From NCBI RefSeq assembly GCF_009914755.1, contig NC_060935.1: DNA of 64,000 nucleotides, one strand, 5' to 3'. The position numbers and the translations under genes were made by a program. Positions 1 through 18,995 of the stretch are shown in pieces. This stretch comes from the human T2T-CHM13v2.0 reference genome, Homo sapiens. Below the pieces are notes generated by a model, which made no database searches, was not told where the DNA came from, and saw only the letters and a list, made by a program, of their open reading frames with translations. Numbering within the stretch: the stretch's first letter is position 1; every line of letters starts with the position of its first letter.

Positions 1-774
1 ATGTTATGTTTCTTAACAGTAGCTTCCTTGACATTTGGGCAAGAAAATGCTTTGTTGTGTGTGTGTATTGCAAATGTTTAGCATTCCTGGCTCCTGCCCA
101 TTCAAGGCTGATTGTCTTCTCCAGTCCTAGTGAAAAAAATTCTACCATTTCCAAACAAACCCCTAGGTGGGTTCAATCTCAAATTTGGAATGACTGTTAG
201 GGGAATATACAGGAGAGGACAATATTCTACCTGATGAAATCTGGGGAAGTCTTACAGGCCTTTTGGATAATTAATATACATCTATTTGGATGTCTAATTG
301 GTCAGATCTTTGATTACTCATAAGGTCAAAAATTATGTTCCTCTCAGGCCAGAGGATCAGGTAAATCAGCAGGTATAGGCAGTAAAGACCAGGCTTGGCA
401 GACTGCATCATATGCAAGGTGCATGTCAGGAAAGATAACCAAGAGTTCTGTTGACCCTTTAAGCTCCAAATACCATCATCCACATAACTCTCAATAGCAA
501 AGTTTTTTACTAAGATGTACTTCTTTGTCTAGAGAAAATGAAAATAGCAGGCTTATGACCCTCAATTGTATAGCGGATTCTCTGTTTTATGATTCTCCAG
601 TGGGGCAGGCTTCTCCCTTACCAAGAGTCTGGAATTGTTTTTATATTCTGGGTTTAGTTTCTGGTTTTCTTTTGTATCAGCTTCCTCCATTATCTCTAAG
701 AATGTCAACCTTTATGTTAAGCTGATGATAAAAGAAGTTTCATTCTTACCTTCTTCTAAAACCAGAAGACCATT

Positions 775-1074
775 GGCGAGGCGCGGTGGCTCACACCTGT
801 AATCCCAGCACTTTGGGAGGCCAAGGCGGGTGGATCACGAGGTCAGGAGATCGAGACCATCCTGGCTAACATGGTGAAACCCCATCTCTACTAAAAATAC
901 AAAAAATTAGCGGGGTGTGGCGGCACACGCCTGTAGTCGGGAGGCTGAGGCAGGAGAATGGCGTGGACCCGGGAGGCGGAGGTTGCAGTGAGCTGAGATT
1001 CTGACACTGCACTCTAACTTGGGCGACAGAGCGAGACGCTGTCTCAAAAACAACAACAACAACAAAAACAAAAC
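775..1074 (+). mobile_element. Alu SINE (AluY/AluSc-like), with (CAA)n tail and ~10-bp internal deletion
   Basis: GGCGAGGCGCGGTGGCTCAC start, GAGGTCAGGAGATCGAGACC B-box, A-rich linker, GGAGAATGGCGTG; CCCAGCTACT missing near 938. Confidence 0.95.
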
Positions 1075-1437
1075 AGGAAAATTATCATATGGGCTATGTA
1101 CCCACAAGACGGTATGCTTCCCACATGGCCATGTCTTGGTGGCTACTAGCCTTGTCCCATTTCTGGTTTGCCGCAATCTCTAGACACTTGGGCCTTGTCT
1201 AGAGGCACACTCACTCGTCAGAAACCCCTAGATGTGTACCATTCAGGCCTAAAAGCAGCAGCCTTAATGGTCCTGACAAGAGTAGGACACAAAAGAATAT
1301 CCATCTCAGCCCTGGCTTCTAGGTACAAAGAGTCTTTTACCACTTGCCTCATGTTCTTGGGTGCTACTATCATAATTTTTATGTTTGAAGTTTACATATT
1401 GAAGCTGAAATATTGAATTCACATATGACTTTATGTA

Positions 1438-2821
1438 CAGTTATTCACCACATAACAGTGTTGTGGTCTACAATAGACCACGTATATAATGGTTTCATAA
1501 AATTATAATGGGACTAAAAAAATTCCTATCACCTAGTAATACCATAGCCATCATAATGTGGAACAGTGTGTTACCCACATGTTTGTAGTGATGCTGGTCT
1601 AAATAATATTGTGCTGCCAATCATATAAAAGTATAGCACATACAATTATGTACAATACATATACTTGATAATGATAATAAATGACTATATCACTGCTTTA
1701 TATATCTACTCTACTTTACATATATATGAGAAAACTTAACTGTAAAACAGCCTTGGGCAGGTCCTTCATTGTATCATAGGAGTTGACAGCTCCATGCATG
1801 TTATTGCCCCTGAACACCTTCCAGTGGGACAAGATGTGGAGGTGGAAGACAGTGACATTGATGATCATAACTGTGTAGGTCTAGGCTAGTGTGTGTTTAG
1901 GTCTTGTTTCTAACAAAATAGTTTAAAATTAAAAAAATTAAAAATAGAAAAAAGTTTATAGAATAAGGATACAAAGAAAGAAAATATTTTTTTAAACCAC
2001 TGTATGATGTATTTGTGTTTTAAGCTAAGTGTTATTACAAAAGATTCAAAAAGGCCAGGCACAGTGGCTCACACTTATAATCCTAGCACTTTGGGAGGCC
2101 AAGATGGAAGGATTACTTGAGCCCAGGAGTTTGAGACGAGCCTCAGAAACATGGTGAAACTGTCTCTACAAAAACTACAACAAAAATTAGCCAGGCATGG
2201 TGACATATGCCTGTAGACCTAGCTTCTCCGGAGGCTGAGGTAGGAGGATCACCTGAGACTGGGAAGTCAAGGCTGCAGTGAGTCATGATCGCGCCCCTGC
2301 ACTGTGGCCTGGGTGACAGACCGAAAAATAAAAATAAAAATTAAGAGTCAGAAAGGTTTTAAAAATTTGGTTTATAAAGTAAAAAACTACAGTAAGCTAA
2401 GGTGTATTAGTGTAGCCTGTTATACAGGAATGTCCTAGGCCTCCATATTCACTTACCACTCACTTACTGATTCACACAGAGCAACCTCCATTCCTGCAAG
2501 CTCCATTCATAAGTGCCCTATACAAGTGTACCATTTTAAATTTTCTATACCATATTTTTACTTGACCTTTTGTATGTTGAGATATGTTTAGATACACAAA
2601 TACTTACCATTTTGTTGCAATTGCCTACAGTTTTCAGTATACCAACATGCAGTACAGGTTTGGAGCCTAGGAGTAATAAGCTATACTATATAGCCTGTAT
2701 GTGTAGTAGGCTATACCATCTAGGTTTGGGTAAGTACACCCTATGATGTTAGCACAATGATGAAATTGCCTAACAACTCATTTCTCAGAACATATCCCCA
2801 TTGTTAAGCTATGCATGACTG
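1438..2821 (+). mobile_element. Tigger3/Golem-family (MER7B/Tigger3b-like) non-autonomous DNA transposon, interrupted by an AluJ
   Basis: Degenerate terminal inverted repeats CAGTTATTCACCACATAAC...GTTAAGCTATGCATGACTG, TA on both sides (1436-37, 2822-23). Confidence 0.8.
2053..2340 (+). mobile_element. AluJ inserted in Tigger3
   Basis: GGAAGGATTACTTGAGCCCAGGAGTTTGAG and GTCAAGGCTGCAGTGAG are AluJ-type; A-rich tail; degenerate TSD AAGA(T/G)TCA. Confidence 0.9.
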
Positions 2822-3799
2822 TATTACAAAGTTTTATGTATCATATGTATTAAAATATGTACTTATAGATTGTAAAAGCAATTTATATATTCACACAAAT
2901 GTTTAGATTTCTTTACTAACATACTTTAAGACAGAAGTTCTTCAGCAATTATTCTTTAGACTCAGCATAAAAATAATATGCTGAAGACATGGATGTATGT
3001 GTATAGATAAGCTTTCATTTTGACCTATTCATTTTTATCTATATACTTTATCACAAAAATTTTGAATGTGCAGACATTTCTAGGGCCTTTTAGTTTCACC
3101 CACTTTCTTCATAGACGTTTCCACTTTATTAGAACAAATTTCCTCTTAAAATATGCAGAGATGATAGTAACGATGGACGTTTTTAAAGAACTCAAGTATG
3201 AAATGGAGTCCCCTTAGAAGAACAGCTGAGATGTAGCTGCAGCACATTCTATATTCTTTCATAGTCTCACAAACAACTTACACATTGTTTTATGGATTTA
3301 CACAGATGGATTTTTAATTACAGCTGTTTTCTCTTCTGATAGTTAATTTTGAGTTACCATTTTGCAATGCGAGGTAAGGAATATTGGGATAGTAAATATT
3401 CAGGTAGAAAGGGATATCTGTGTAGGACACGGAGTGGGAGCACTTCTTCCAGTGACCTAATGAATCATATTATGGTTGGACATTTCTACCCCTAGGTTAT
3501 TTTATCCCAAGGGAATGCCTGCAACACACTTCTATAATGACTTTCCAGTACTATACCTCCTTTCCATTTGCACTTCCAATTCTGACACTACTTATTTTTT
3601 GGTGTATATAATCTTGTTGGAACTCCTATGACAGGTGCAGAAATGTTCTTCCTGCTTTTAGTCTAATATTTAGCTTTAGGACTTGAAAATATTTTAGTAC
3701 TACAAAAGTAGCTCATGTTTTTATACATTTAAAAATTCATAAATACATCAGAAAATAAAGGATAGAAAAAATGTTAAATCTCAAATGTGGTGAATTTCT

Positions 3800-4225
3800 C
3801 TTGTTTGTCTTTCCAGGTCTATTCCTACCCATTTGCACCTTGACATAATCCAAAGAGGCTGATCCCCATGGTCTGTATCAACAGACTCCCTCTCCTGTAG
3901 CTTCTGGTTTGGCTAATCAGTGGGAGACACTGGCAGAGGAGTCTGAGGCTTGGGTACTTCCCTGGCTGTTCTTCCTCTACGTCACCTGGATTGGCTGTGA
4001 CCCTCCACCAAATGCCACAGCTCCTGGCAGGTGGTCCTCTCATCACATCGCTCTAGGTTCCTGTTAATTGCCCACTCTTCTTGTTCCTTCAGATCTTGAG
4101 CTGATCACTACCCCTAGGATACAACATTACCCTCGAAGCTTTTCCTAAGCTCTGCCCACAACTTTGTAAATTGCCCTTTACTCAGTTCCTCTCAATTATC
4201 CAGTCATGTGTTTCCTTCAGATAAC
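3800..4225 (+). mobile_element. Old ERVL LTR fragment (LTR33-like)
   Basis: GAGGCTGATCCCCATGG...CTCCCTCTCCTGTAGCTTCTGGTTTGGCTAATCAGTGGGAGACACTGGCAGAGGAG resembles LTR33 as recalled; ends approximate. Confidence 0.55.
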
Positions 4226-4298
4226 CAGGAAATATTCTATCTTCCACAATTTATTGCTTGCTCACACCTGTGTTAATTCTTCCTAATTTTTATTTTGT

Positions 4299-4432
4299 AA
4301 AATTATGTTTTGTAATTTTACAATTTTATGTAAATTTACATAATTATGTAAATTTACAAAATTATGTTTTTAATTTTACAATTTTATGTAAATTTACATA
4401 ATTATGTAAATTTACAAAATTATGTTTTGTAA
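4299..4432. repeat. AT-rich 58-bp tandem repeat (~2.3 copies), each unit containing a perfect 30-bp palindrome
   Basis: TGTAAATTTACATAATTATGTAAATTTACA at 4329-4358 and 4387-4416. Confidence 0.9.
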
Positions 4433-4516
4433 CTTTGTAAAAGTAAGTTTTGTAAAAACATACTTTTCTTTTTACAAAAGTAAAATTATACTGTAAATAT
4501 ATATATTTATATATAG

Positions 4517-5043
<527 letters not shown>

Positions 5044-5077
<34 letters not shown>

Positions 5078-5245
5078 CTATATATATAAATACATATACA
5101 TATATATACCTATATATAAATATATATACCTATATATAAAAATATATATACATATATAAATATATATACACACACATATATACACCTATATATACATTTA
5201 TACCTATATATACATATATATATCCACACACACACACACATATAC
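5044..5245. repeat. (TA)n/(CA)n low-complexity microsatellite
   Basis: Direct reading. Confidence 0.95.
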
Positions 5246-5882
5246 CTGATTTTATCATCAATAAATTATCCACACCAGATGGGACTTAATGTATTCAAGT
5301 TCAAATTTTTAGTCAGACTTTTATTTATTTACTTTTAGCCATCCTGCTCACATTCATAAATGTTTAGTTAGATTTTAAAGAATTCCTTAGTATAACCATA
5401 TTAGTTTTTCAGCATTATAACTCTCTATTCTCCTCCACTTACTCAATGACCCTGCAAAAGTGAGTTACTCACTGTTCCTGAAATATCCTCCCCACTTCCG
5501 GCCTCACGGCCTACCCTTTTGCTGAAATTATTTTCACCTATCAGTTCCATCTCAAGTACCTTCCCACATGGCTTCAACCCACTCTGAAACTGCTCTTGCT
5601 AAATTACCTACACCCACCCCTCTGCCAAACCTCAGAAGCATTAAACAAGTAACCACCTTCTCCTATTTTGAATCACTTTCTTTTTTTGTATTCTGCAATC
5701 TCACTTTCCCAATTTGGGTTTTTCCTTACCTCTCTTGTCCATTTGTCTTCATCTTTCCTGAAGATTGCAACTGTACCAGACCTTTAAATGTTAGACTGTC
5801 TTATAACTTATCCTATATATTCTTACATTTATAGCCACTTATTGACCTCATGCAATTTTATGATTTTTAAGACAATACCACT

Positions 5883-6237
5883 TGTCTTAGTCCATTTTGT
5901 GCTGCTATAACAGCATACCACAGACTGGGTAATTTATTAAAAATATGAATTTTTTGTCACAATTCTGGAGGTTGGAAGTCCAACATCAAGGCACTGGCAT
6001 TTGGTGTCTAGTGAGGGCTGCATCCTCTGGAAGGAAAGAATACTGTGGTGATACATGGGGGAAGTGAGAAGGGCAAGAGGAGGTGACCTCCTTCCGTCAA
6101 GCCTTTTAAAAGGGATACTTAATTCCATTTATGAGAGATGAACCTTCGTGGCCCAATCACCTCTTAAAGGCCCCACCTTTCAATATTATCACATTGGCAG
6201 ACTTGAATTTTGAAGGACATACATTCAAACCATAGCA
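5883..6237 (-). mobile_element. MaLR solo LTR (MLT1A/MST-like)
   Basis: TGTCTTAGTCCATTTTGTGCTGCTATAAC...CATTCAAACCATAGCA with perfect 5-bp TSD CCACT (5878-82, 6238-42). Confidence 0.88.
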
Positions 6238-6802
6238 CCACTTAAATATTGTTTACTCCAAAATTTATGTATGCAACCTCAATTTCTCTATGACCTAACA
6301 TGTTTCTACATTCAACAGTAATAGATGGTAAGGGTTTGAAAAATAGTAAGGAAAATATTTTTAAGAGCTTAATAAAAGAACACATTTGCTGAGTAGTGAT
6401 GAAGTTTGATAATATTGCCACCTGTGACAAAGTGGAAAAGAGAAAGGGTATCTTATATACTCTTAGATTTGCCTGGGAAGGTTTCCAGGAAGAGTGCAGA
6501 AAGTGCTACCTGGCTTCTTATAGTTGCCTATGATAAACTATAACCAGAGATCTGTGAACTAAAGGAAAATTTTTTTCAAAGAAAAATTTAGAAAAAATGT
6601 AAGAAAGCTAGATCTTGCTGGCTTTGAAAATAAGGCTATTTCTCATCCCTGATATCTTCCAGAAAGATTTTCATGGTACGAAGTGACTTCAGGTCAAAGA
6701 TCATATTCAGGTTGGGGCTGTAAGATCCTCTGCTGAGACCTCAGAAAGATCTAAGGCCTCACTGACCCTTAAAGCTAATCTATGTCCTTCTAAGAATCTT
6801 AA

Positions 6803-7197
<395 letters not shown>

Positions 7198-7319
7198 TCA
7201 TAAGGCTTCTGGCAGAAACCTCATAAACCTCCAGAGGAAGAATTAACTGGAAGAGATTTATGAGTGTGAGTTTTGTCCAATTCAGTAGTTTATAATTTGA
7301 TACAAAGAAAGCCCATGTT

Positions 7320-8075
7320 GTTTTTAACAACCTCCATGAGATATAGTTCACATACCATACAAACTACAGATTTAAAGTGTATGATTTAATGTTCGTAGCA
7401 TATGCACACATGTTTTCAAGCCTCACCATAGTCAATTTTAGAAAGTTTTAATCATCTCAAAAAGAAATCCTGTATCCTTTAGTATCACCTTACATATTCC
7501 TATCCCCCCAGCCATAAGCAACCACCAGTCTACCTTCTGTCTCTATATGGACATTTCATATGTATGGCCTTAGATAATACGTGGTCTCTTGTGACTAGTC
7601 TCTTTTACTTAGTGTAATGTTGTCCAGGTTCATTCATGTTGAGACATATATCAGTTCTCCATTCTTTTCAATGGCTAAATAATATTCCATTATATGGATA
7701 TACTACATTTTCTTCCTTCACTTGTAAGTTAATGGATCCATGCATTGCTTCTACCTTTTGGTTATTGTAAATAATGCTACTATAAACATTCACGCATGAG
7801 TTTTTTTGTGGACATATGCTTTTATTTCTCTTGGGCATATATCTAGGAGAATTTCTGGATCATAGGGTATTTCTATGTTTAATAGTTTGAGTAACTGGAA
7901 GATTATTTTCCAAAATGATCCCACCATTTTACATACCTACCAGTATATGTGGGTTTCAATTTTTCCACATCCTCACCAACACTTTTTATTATCATACTTT
8001 TAAATTCTAGCCATCCTAGTGGGGTGAAGAGTAGTATCTCATTAATATTTCATTTGTATTTTCATGATGACTCCC
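7320..8075 (-). mobile_element. L1MB-type 3' end fragment
   Basis: GAGATATAGTTCACATACCATACAAA..., AATAATATTCCATT, CCACATCCTCACCAACACT antisense L1M motifs. Confidence 0.75.
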
Positions 8076-8716
8076 ACAGTGTGTTTGAAGAAATGATACC
8101 AGCTTAGACTGAAAGGGACAGGGATAGTGCAAAGTGAAAAGAGGTTTTGTGCAAAGTGAAAAGAGGTTTTGGACCCTTGACCTACAATAATTAGGAAATA
8201 GGCCAGGAAAACTACTCAGCTATAACATAGGCTATTTTTTTCCTGGAAAAGGAAGGATAACTCAGAGGATGGAACCAAAAAGTCAGAAGGCAGAGCCAAG
8301 AGACATAGAGATTTATTAACAAGGAGCAGGATTGGGCCCTGATCAAGAAAATGGCAACATCTGTCTAGTTGGATTTGGGAATTGCAATTGGCCAGTGATT
8401 GCTACATGACTCCTATATTCCACCCTTATGAATGGGAGTGTTCACTGAAGTTTTTCTACACCAGCATCAACAGTGTCTGTTGGGTAATATATAGGGCAGA
8501 TGACTTGTCTCTTTAGTTCGCATGTCTTCCAATCAAGAGGGACTGTATTTGAGAAGCTGTGCCCAAGGAACCTCACTCATGCCTAAACTTGGTTTAAATC
8601 CCACGATGATGGACTTAATTGTGATGCTGTAATGGTATGATATTTTAGAGGACTGTAGGACGTATAAAAGTAATTTGACATGTAGGAAATATACAAATAA
8701 CTGTGGCCAGAGGGAT

Positions 8717-9226
8717 TGTGGTAGGCTGGAGATGGCTGTGACATCATTGCTACTTCTCTTATTGACAGGTGGAATCTAATTTCCCTTCCCTTGAATCTGG
8801 ACTGAAATTACTAATTTGCTTTGCCAGTAGACAAAGGTGGACAAGATGTCTACGTCTCCTGAGGCTAGGTGATAGGAAATACTGCAGATTTCTTTTAATC
8901 TCTTGGAACACTTGCTATTAAAGTCTTGAGCCACTATGTGAGAAATCCAACTAAACTGCTAGTGAGACCATATAGAATGATCCTATGACTACCTGGAGAG
9001 GGAGAGGCTTTCAAACCATTCCTGTGAAGGTGCTGGGCATTTGAATGATGCCATTTTTGACTCTGTAGACATGCAAAGATGCCATCTGAATATTACTAAG
9101 TGATCCTCATTCATGCTGTTAGAGTAAAATTGCCAAGCCAAACCCAATCTTAATTTCTGACTCATGAAATAATGTAATATAATAAAATGTGTTTTTATAG
9201 TCAATTTTTACATACAACAATAGAGG
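8717..9226 (+). mobile_element. MLT1 (G/H-like) LTR
   Basis: TGTGGTAGGCTG start, GGTGGAATCTAATTTCCCTTCCCTTGAATCTGG, AATAAA near 9181. Confidence 0.65.
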
Positions 9227-9244
9227 TATTCTTTAAAAGTGTGA

Positions 9245-9793
9245 ATTGTAATTAGGCTACGCCCATTTAGAAAACATTTAGAGGCTTCCCATTCCTTTCA
9301 GGATAAAATCCAAACACTTTTCCATGGCATATGATGTCCCCCAAACATGATCTAACCCTTTTGGTATACCTCTCTCCATCTGGTTTATCATTGCCTTCTT
9401 TTTATTTTTTGAGATTATCAGGATCTTTGCATTTCCTGTTTCCTGTCTGGCAGCTTCCCTGACTCCACTCTTCACATCTATGGGTCCTTCTGATCATTCC
9501 ATTTTCTACTCAAATATCACCTGCTCCACATGGCCTTCCTTTTCACTTTACCTACAGTAATACCACCTATATCACATTTACTCTTAACAGTCATATTAAC
9601 CTTATTGATTTATTTCTTCCACATCACTTACCATATTCTGTATTTATAATGTTGATTCATTTTCTAGTGTTTTTGCTGAGATCTAAATTTCATGCAAAGT
9701 CTGTTCTATTCATCAATATACCTTCAGTGCTTACTCAGTTCTCGACTATGATAAATGCTGAACAAATATTTTTGAAATAAATGGATAAATGAT
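9245..9793 (+). mobile_element. L2 3' fragment
   Basis: AGGATAAAATCCAAAC, CTCAAATATCACCT, terminal AAATATTTTTGAAATAAATGGATAAATGA. Confidence 0.65.
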
Positions 9794-11250
9794 TATCCTA
9801 TATCTACATGTCAAACAATTTTCAGGCATTGAGCAAATATCCCTCATTGGCTTTGAGATCACAATGGCAGGAAATTATCAATGTTTGTGGTCAGTCCTCT
9901 ACTTTCTCCCTGAATTATTCATAAACATACCAACAAGGATATATAAATCTTAACAGATCAGAAAGTTCATGTTTATCACTAGCCTTTGACTTGAATTAAC
10001 TGACAATTATGAAGGCTTAGATGATACATGGCATAAAATATAGGAGACCTGTGAACACTTTAACCTTTGAGACATGAAGCCAAAGTATCCAAAGGAAGCT
10101 AATCTTTATATTCAGGACCATAGAGTTTGCATAACTAATGCTCCAAGATGTCGTGGGAATCAGGATGCACCTGAAATTTTTACAGGACAACTGGAGATGT
10201 TGTTTATCAAAAGATAAGGACCAGGGTTAGGACCTCAGGAAAAAAACAAAAAGCTGCCCACTTACGAATGTTCATTATTATGGTGAAAAAGCAGGGCAGA
10301 AGGGGGAAGGAGTCAGGGCATTTAGAGTTGAATTCAGAAATTGGAGAAGACTGGTCTCTGTGAAATTAAGAAACTTTTATCCTTAAAGCTGGCCTTTAAA
10401 TCTCACAATAACTGTTCCTCTGATGGCAGTGGGTATACTGAGAGAATTTACAGATTTTATAGACACTACTCTCCTAATCTACCCTGGGACCTTAAATGGG
10501 AGACTGGTGTCAGTAAAAGCACTTCCTCACCTAAGTTGGAACCATAGGAGTTATCCAAATTATTCCTTCTATCTAATCCCCCATCCAACAATCAACAGTT
10601 TCTACCAGTTATCTCCCCTAAATCTTTCTCAAGGTTGTTCTCTGTATTTTGTATTTTTCTATCACTAATATTCAAATCTTTATCCTTTGTCTACTGGAGT
10701 ATTGTAGATTGTTTCCTAATCAGGCACCTGGAAAATCGGGTCACTCCCACCCTAATAATGTGCTTTTCCAATGGTCTTAGCAAAGGGCACAACAGGAGAT
10801 TGTATCCCGCGCCTGCCTCGGAGGGTCCCATGCCCACGGAGCCTCGCTCATTGCTAGCACAGCAGTCTGAGACCGAATTGCAAGGTGACAGTGAGGCTAG
10901 GGGAGGGGCGCCCGCAATTGCTGAGGCTTGAGTAGGTAAACAAAGCAGCTGGGAAGTTCGAACTGGGTGGAGCCCACCGTAGCTCAAGGAGGCCTGCCTG
11001 CCTCTGTAGACTCCACCTCTAGGGGCAGGGCATAGCTGAACAAAAGGCAGCAGAAACCTCTGCAGACTTAAATGTCCCTGTCTGACAGCTTTGAAGAGAG
11101 TAGTGGTTCTCCCAGCACAGAGTTTGAGATCTGAGAACAGACAGACTGCCTCCTCAAGTGAGTCCCTGACCCCCAAGTAGCCTAACTGGGAGGCACCCCC
11201 CAGTAGGGGCAGAATGACACCTCACACGGCCAGGTACTCCTCTGAGACGA

Positions 11251-11346
11251 AGCTTCCAGAGGAATGATCAGGCAGCAACATTTGCTGTTCAGGAATATAG
11301 CTTCCAGAGGAATGATCAGGCAGCAACATTTGCTGTTCAGGAATAT
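11251..11346 (+). repeat. Perfect 48-bp tandem duplication within L1 5'UTR
   Basis: AGCTTCCAGAGGAATGATCAGGCAGCAACATTTGCTGTTCAGGAATAT x2. Confidence 0.95.
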
Positions 11347-11541
11347 TCGCTGTTCTGCAGCCTCCACTGCTGATACCCAGGCAAACAGGGTCTTGAGTGG
11401 ACCTCCAGCAAACTCCAACAGAACTGCAGCTGAGGGTCCTGACCGTTAGAAGGAAAACTAACAAGCAGAAAGGACATCCACACCAAAACCCCATCTGTAC
11501 GTCACCATCATCAAAGACCAAAGGTAGATAAAACCACAAAG

Positions 11542-12558
11542 ATGGGGAAAAAACAGAGCAGAAAAGCTGAAAATCCTAAAAATCAGAGTGCCTCTCCCCT
11601 TCAAAGGAATGCAGCTCCTCACCAGCAATGGAACAAAGCTGGACGGAGAGTGACACTGACGAGTTGAGAGAAAAAGGCTACAGATGATCAAACTTCTCTG
11701 AGCTAAAGGAGGAAGTTCAAACCCATCACAAAGAAGCTAAAAACCTTGAAAAAAGATTAACGAATGGCTAACTAGAATAACCAGTGTAGAGAAGTCCTTA
11801 AATGACCTGATGGAGCTGAAAACCATGGCATGAGAACTACGTGACGAATGCACAAGCTTCAGTAGTGGATTTGATCAACTGGAAGAAAGGGTATCAGTGA
11901 TTGAAGATCAAATGAATGAAATGAAGTGAGAAGAGAAGTTTAGAGAAAAAAAGAGTAAAAAAGAAACGAATAAAGCCTCCAAGAAATATGGGACTATGTG
12001 AAAAGACCAAATCTACGTCTGATTGATGTACCGGAAAGTCATGGGGAGAATGGAACCAAGTTGGAAAACACTCTTCAGGATATTATCCAGGAGAACTTCC
12101 CCAATCTAGCAAGGCAGGCCAACATTCAAATTCAGGAAATACAGAGAACGCTGCAAAGATACTCCTCGAGAAGAGCAACTCCAAGACACATAATTGTCAG
12201 ATTCACCAAAGTTGAAATGAAGGAAAAAATGTTAAGGGCAGCCAGAGAGAAAGGTCAGGTTACCCACAAAGGAAAGCCCATCAGACTAACAGCTGATCTC
12301 TTGGCAGGAACACTACAAGCCAGCAGAGAGTGGGGGCCAATATTCAACATTCTTAAAGAAAAGAATTTTCAACCCAGAATTTCATATCCAGCCAAACTAA
12401 GCTTCATAAGTGAAGGAGAAATAAAATCCTATACAGACAAGCAAATGCTGAGAGATTTTGTCACCACCAGGCCTGCCCTACAAGAGCTCCTGAAGGAAGC
12501 ACTAAACATGGAAAGGAACAACCGGTACCAACAACTGCAAAAACATGCCAAATTGTAA
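11542..12558 (+). pseudogene. L1 ORF1p, disabled (stops and frameshifts in N-terminal half)
   Basis: ATGGGGAAAAAACAG start; ORF 11998-12558 translates to ORF1p RRM/CTD (RPNLRLI, YPAKLSF). Confidence 0.9.
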
Positions 12559-12606
12559 AGACCATCAATGCTAGGAAGAAACTGCATCAACTAACAGGCA
12601 AAATAA

Positions 12607-17514
<4,908 letters not shown>

Positions 17515-18094
17515 ACAATGAGAACACTAGGACACAGGAAGGGGATCATCACACACCGGGGCCTGTCATAGGGTGGGGGGCTGGGGGAGGGATAGCATTA
17601 GGAGAAATACCTAATGTAAATGACAAGTTAATGGGTACAGCACACCAATATGGCACATGTATACATATGTAACAAACCTGCACGTTGTGCACATGTACCC
17701 TAGAACTTAAAGTATAATAAAAAAAATTTCTTTTCTATATTTCCCAACCCTCACTTCTCTCTCTCCATTACACTGAGGTAAAAAGGACAACTGGATTCTA
17801 AGTCTTCTTCCCAGATGCCAGAAACAGTTTTCTCGATATTTGCTTTGAATTGGTAGTTTCTGTATTCCAGCAGACTTCTCCTCATCCTTTCTAGTCTTAT
17901 GGTGATAACGTAAATGAAAATAAATCATTCTCCAAGAAAAAGATTTAGTTAATGTGATATGCAACAACATTTCTGGTTTTTTGTTTGTTTTTTTAACAGG
18001 TTCTAATTTCTCTATCAATTCAGACCTATAGAACTACAATTATTGTTAACACATTAATTGCAATCCTTAGAATTAAAGGACACTGTTTTTAATT

Positions 18095-18300
18095 CTCCGT
18101 CTCTACTAAAAAAATACAAAAAAATTAGCCGAGCATGGTAGCAGGCGCCTGTAGTCCCAGCTACTCTGGAGGCTGAGGCAGGAGAATGGCGTGAACCCGG
18201 GAGGCGGAGCTTGCAGTGAGCCCATCGTGCCATTGCACTCCAGCCTGGGCGGCAGAGTGAGACTCCGTCTCAAAAAAAAAAAAAAAAAAGAAAGAAAGAA
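18095..18300 (+). mobile_element. 5'-truncated AluY with 24-bp flanking duplication
   Basis: GGAGAATGGCGTGAACCCGGGAGGCGGAGCTTGCAG; AATTAAAGGACACTGTTTTTAATT at 18071-94 and 18301-24. Confidence 0.93.
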
Positions 18301-18786
18301 AATTAAAGGACACTGTTTTTAATTGCTGCAAATAAATATTACATTATGCCAAAGGAGACTATTTGTTTTTAATGTGCTTAAAAATATGGATAAAGTACCA
18401 GCTAAATCATGTGTTCGTGGTGTTAAGATCTGATCTCCTAAAAGATGGCAACCAATCCATTTCTCAAATTTTCACCCTCATTCAGAGTCTACACAACCTA
18501 GACCATCTAGTGGTAGGGTTTGTTCAAAATATTGATACAAAGTTCCAGCTTAAGCTTGATTGTCCTGTCCAAATCCTCTAGCTCAGTAGCAATGCTGATG
18601 TCATTAGGCTGATGGTCATAGTTTGATATAGGTTAAGTGCATGGATCCTGGAAAGGGAGGACTTGAGTTTACATCTATTTGGAAAAACTATTGTATCTTT
18701 CAATACAGTTTTCTCAACAGTAAATTGTGGGAAATTTATTCCTGCATCATAGGATTGCTGAGAAAATTAAATGAAAAAAAAATAAT

Positions 18787-18995
18787 GGTTTTGGAATCAG
18801 ACTTTCTGGATTCAAATACTTACTGGTCCCACATTTAACTTCATGACTTTGGACATTCCACTTAATGTCTCTATGCCCAGATGATTTATTTGTGAAATAC
18901 AAATAGTGGAATCACTTCATAGGGTTGTTGTGAGGAATAAATGAGTTAACATATGTAACATGCTTAGCATAGGGCCTGGCACAGAGTAAGTAAAA
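18787..18995 (+). mobile_element. MIR SINE
   Basis: TTGGAATCAGAC...GGATTCAAAT; CATAGGGTTGTTGTGAGGAATAAATGAG; CCTGGCACAGAGTAAG. Confidence 0.8.

Noticed and set aside
8127-8171. 22-bp perfect tandem duplication
   Set aside because: Ordinary slippage duplication inside an old repeat.
10700-10730. TSD for element A
   Set aside because: No convincing match to the sequence after 17726; cannot distinguish target-site deletion from later 5' loss.
10691-11176. 161-aa minus-strand ORF containing L1 ORF0-like sequence (AGAPPLASLSPC...RVGVTRFSRC)
   Set aside because: Known L1 antisense ORF0 frame; its ATG reads ATT at 10916-18 and the element's 5' end is truncated. Not a new gene.
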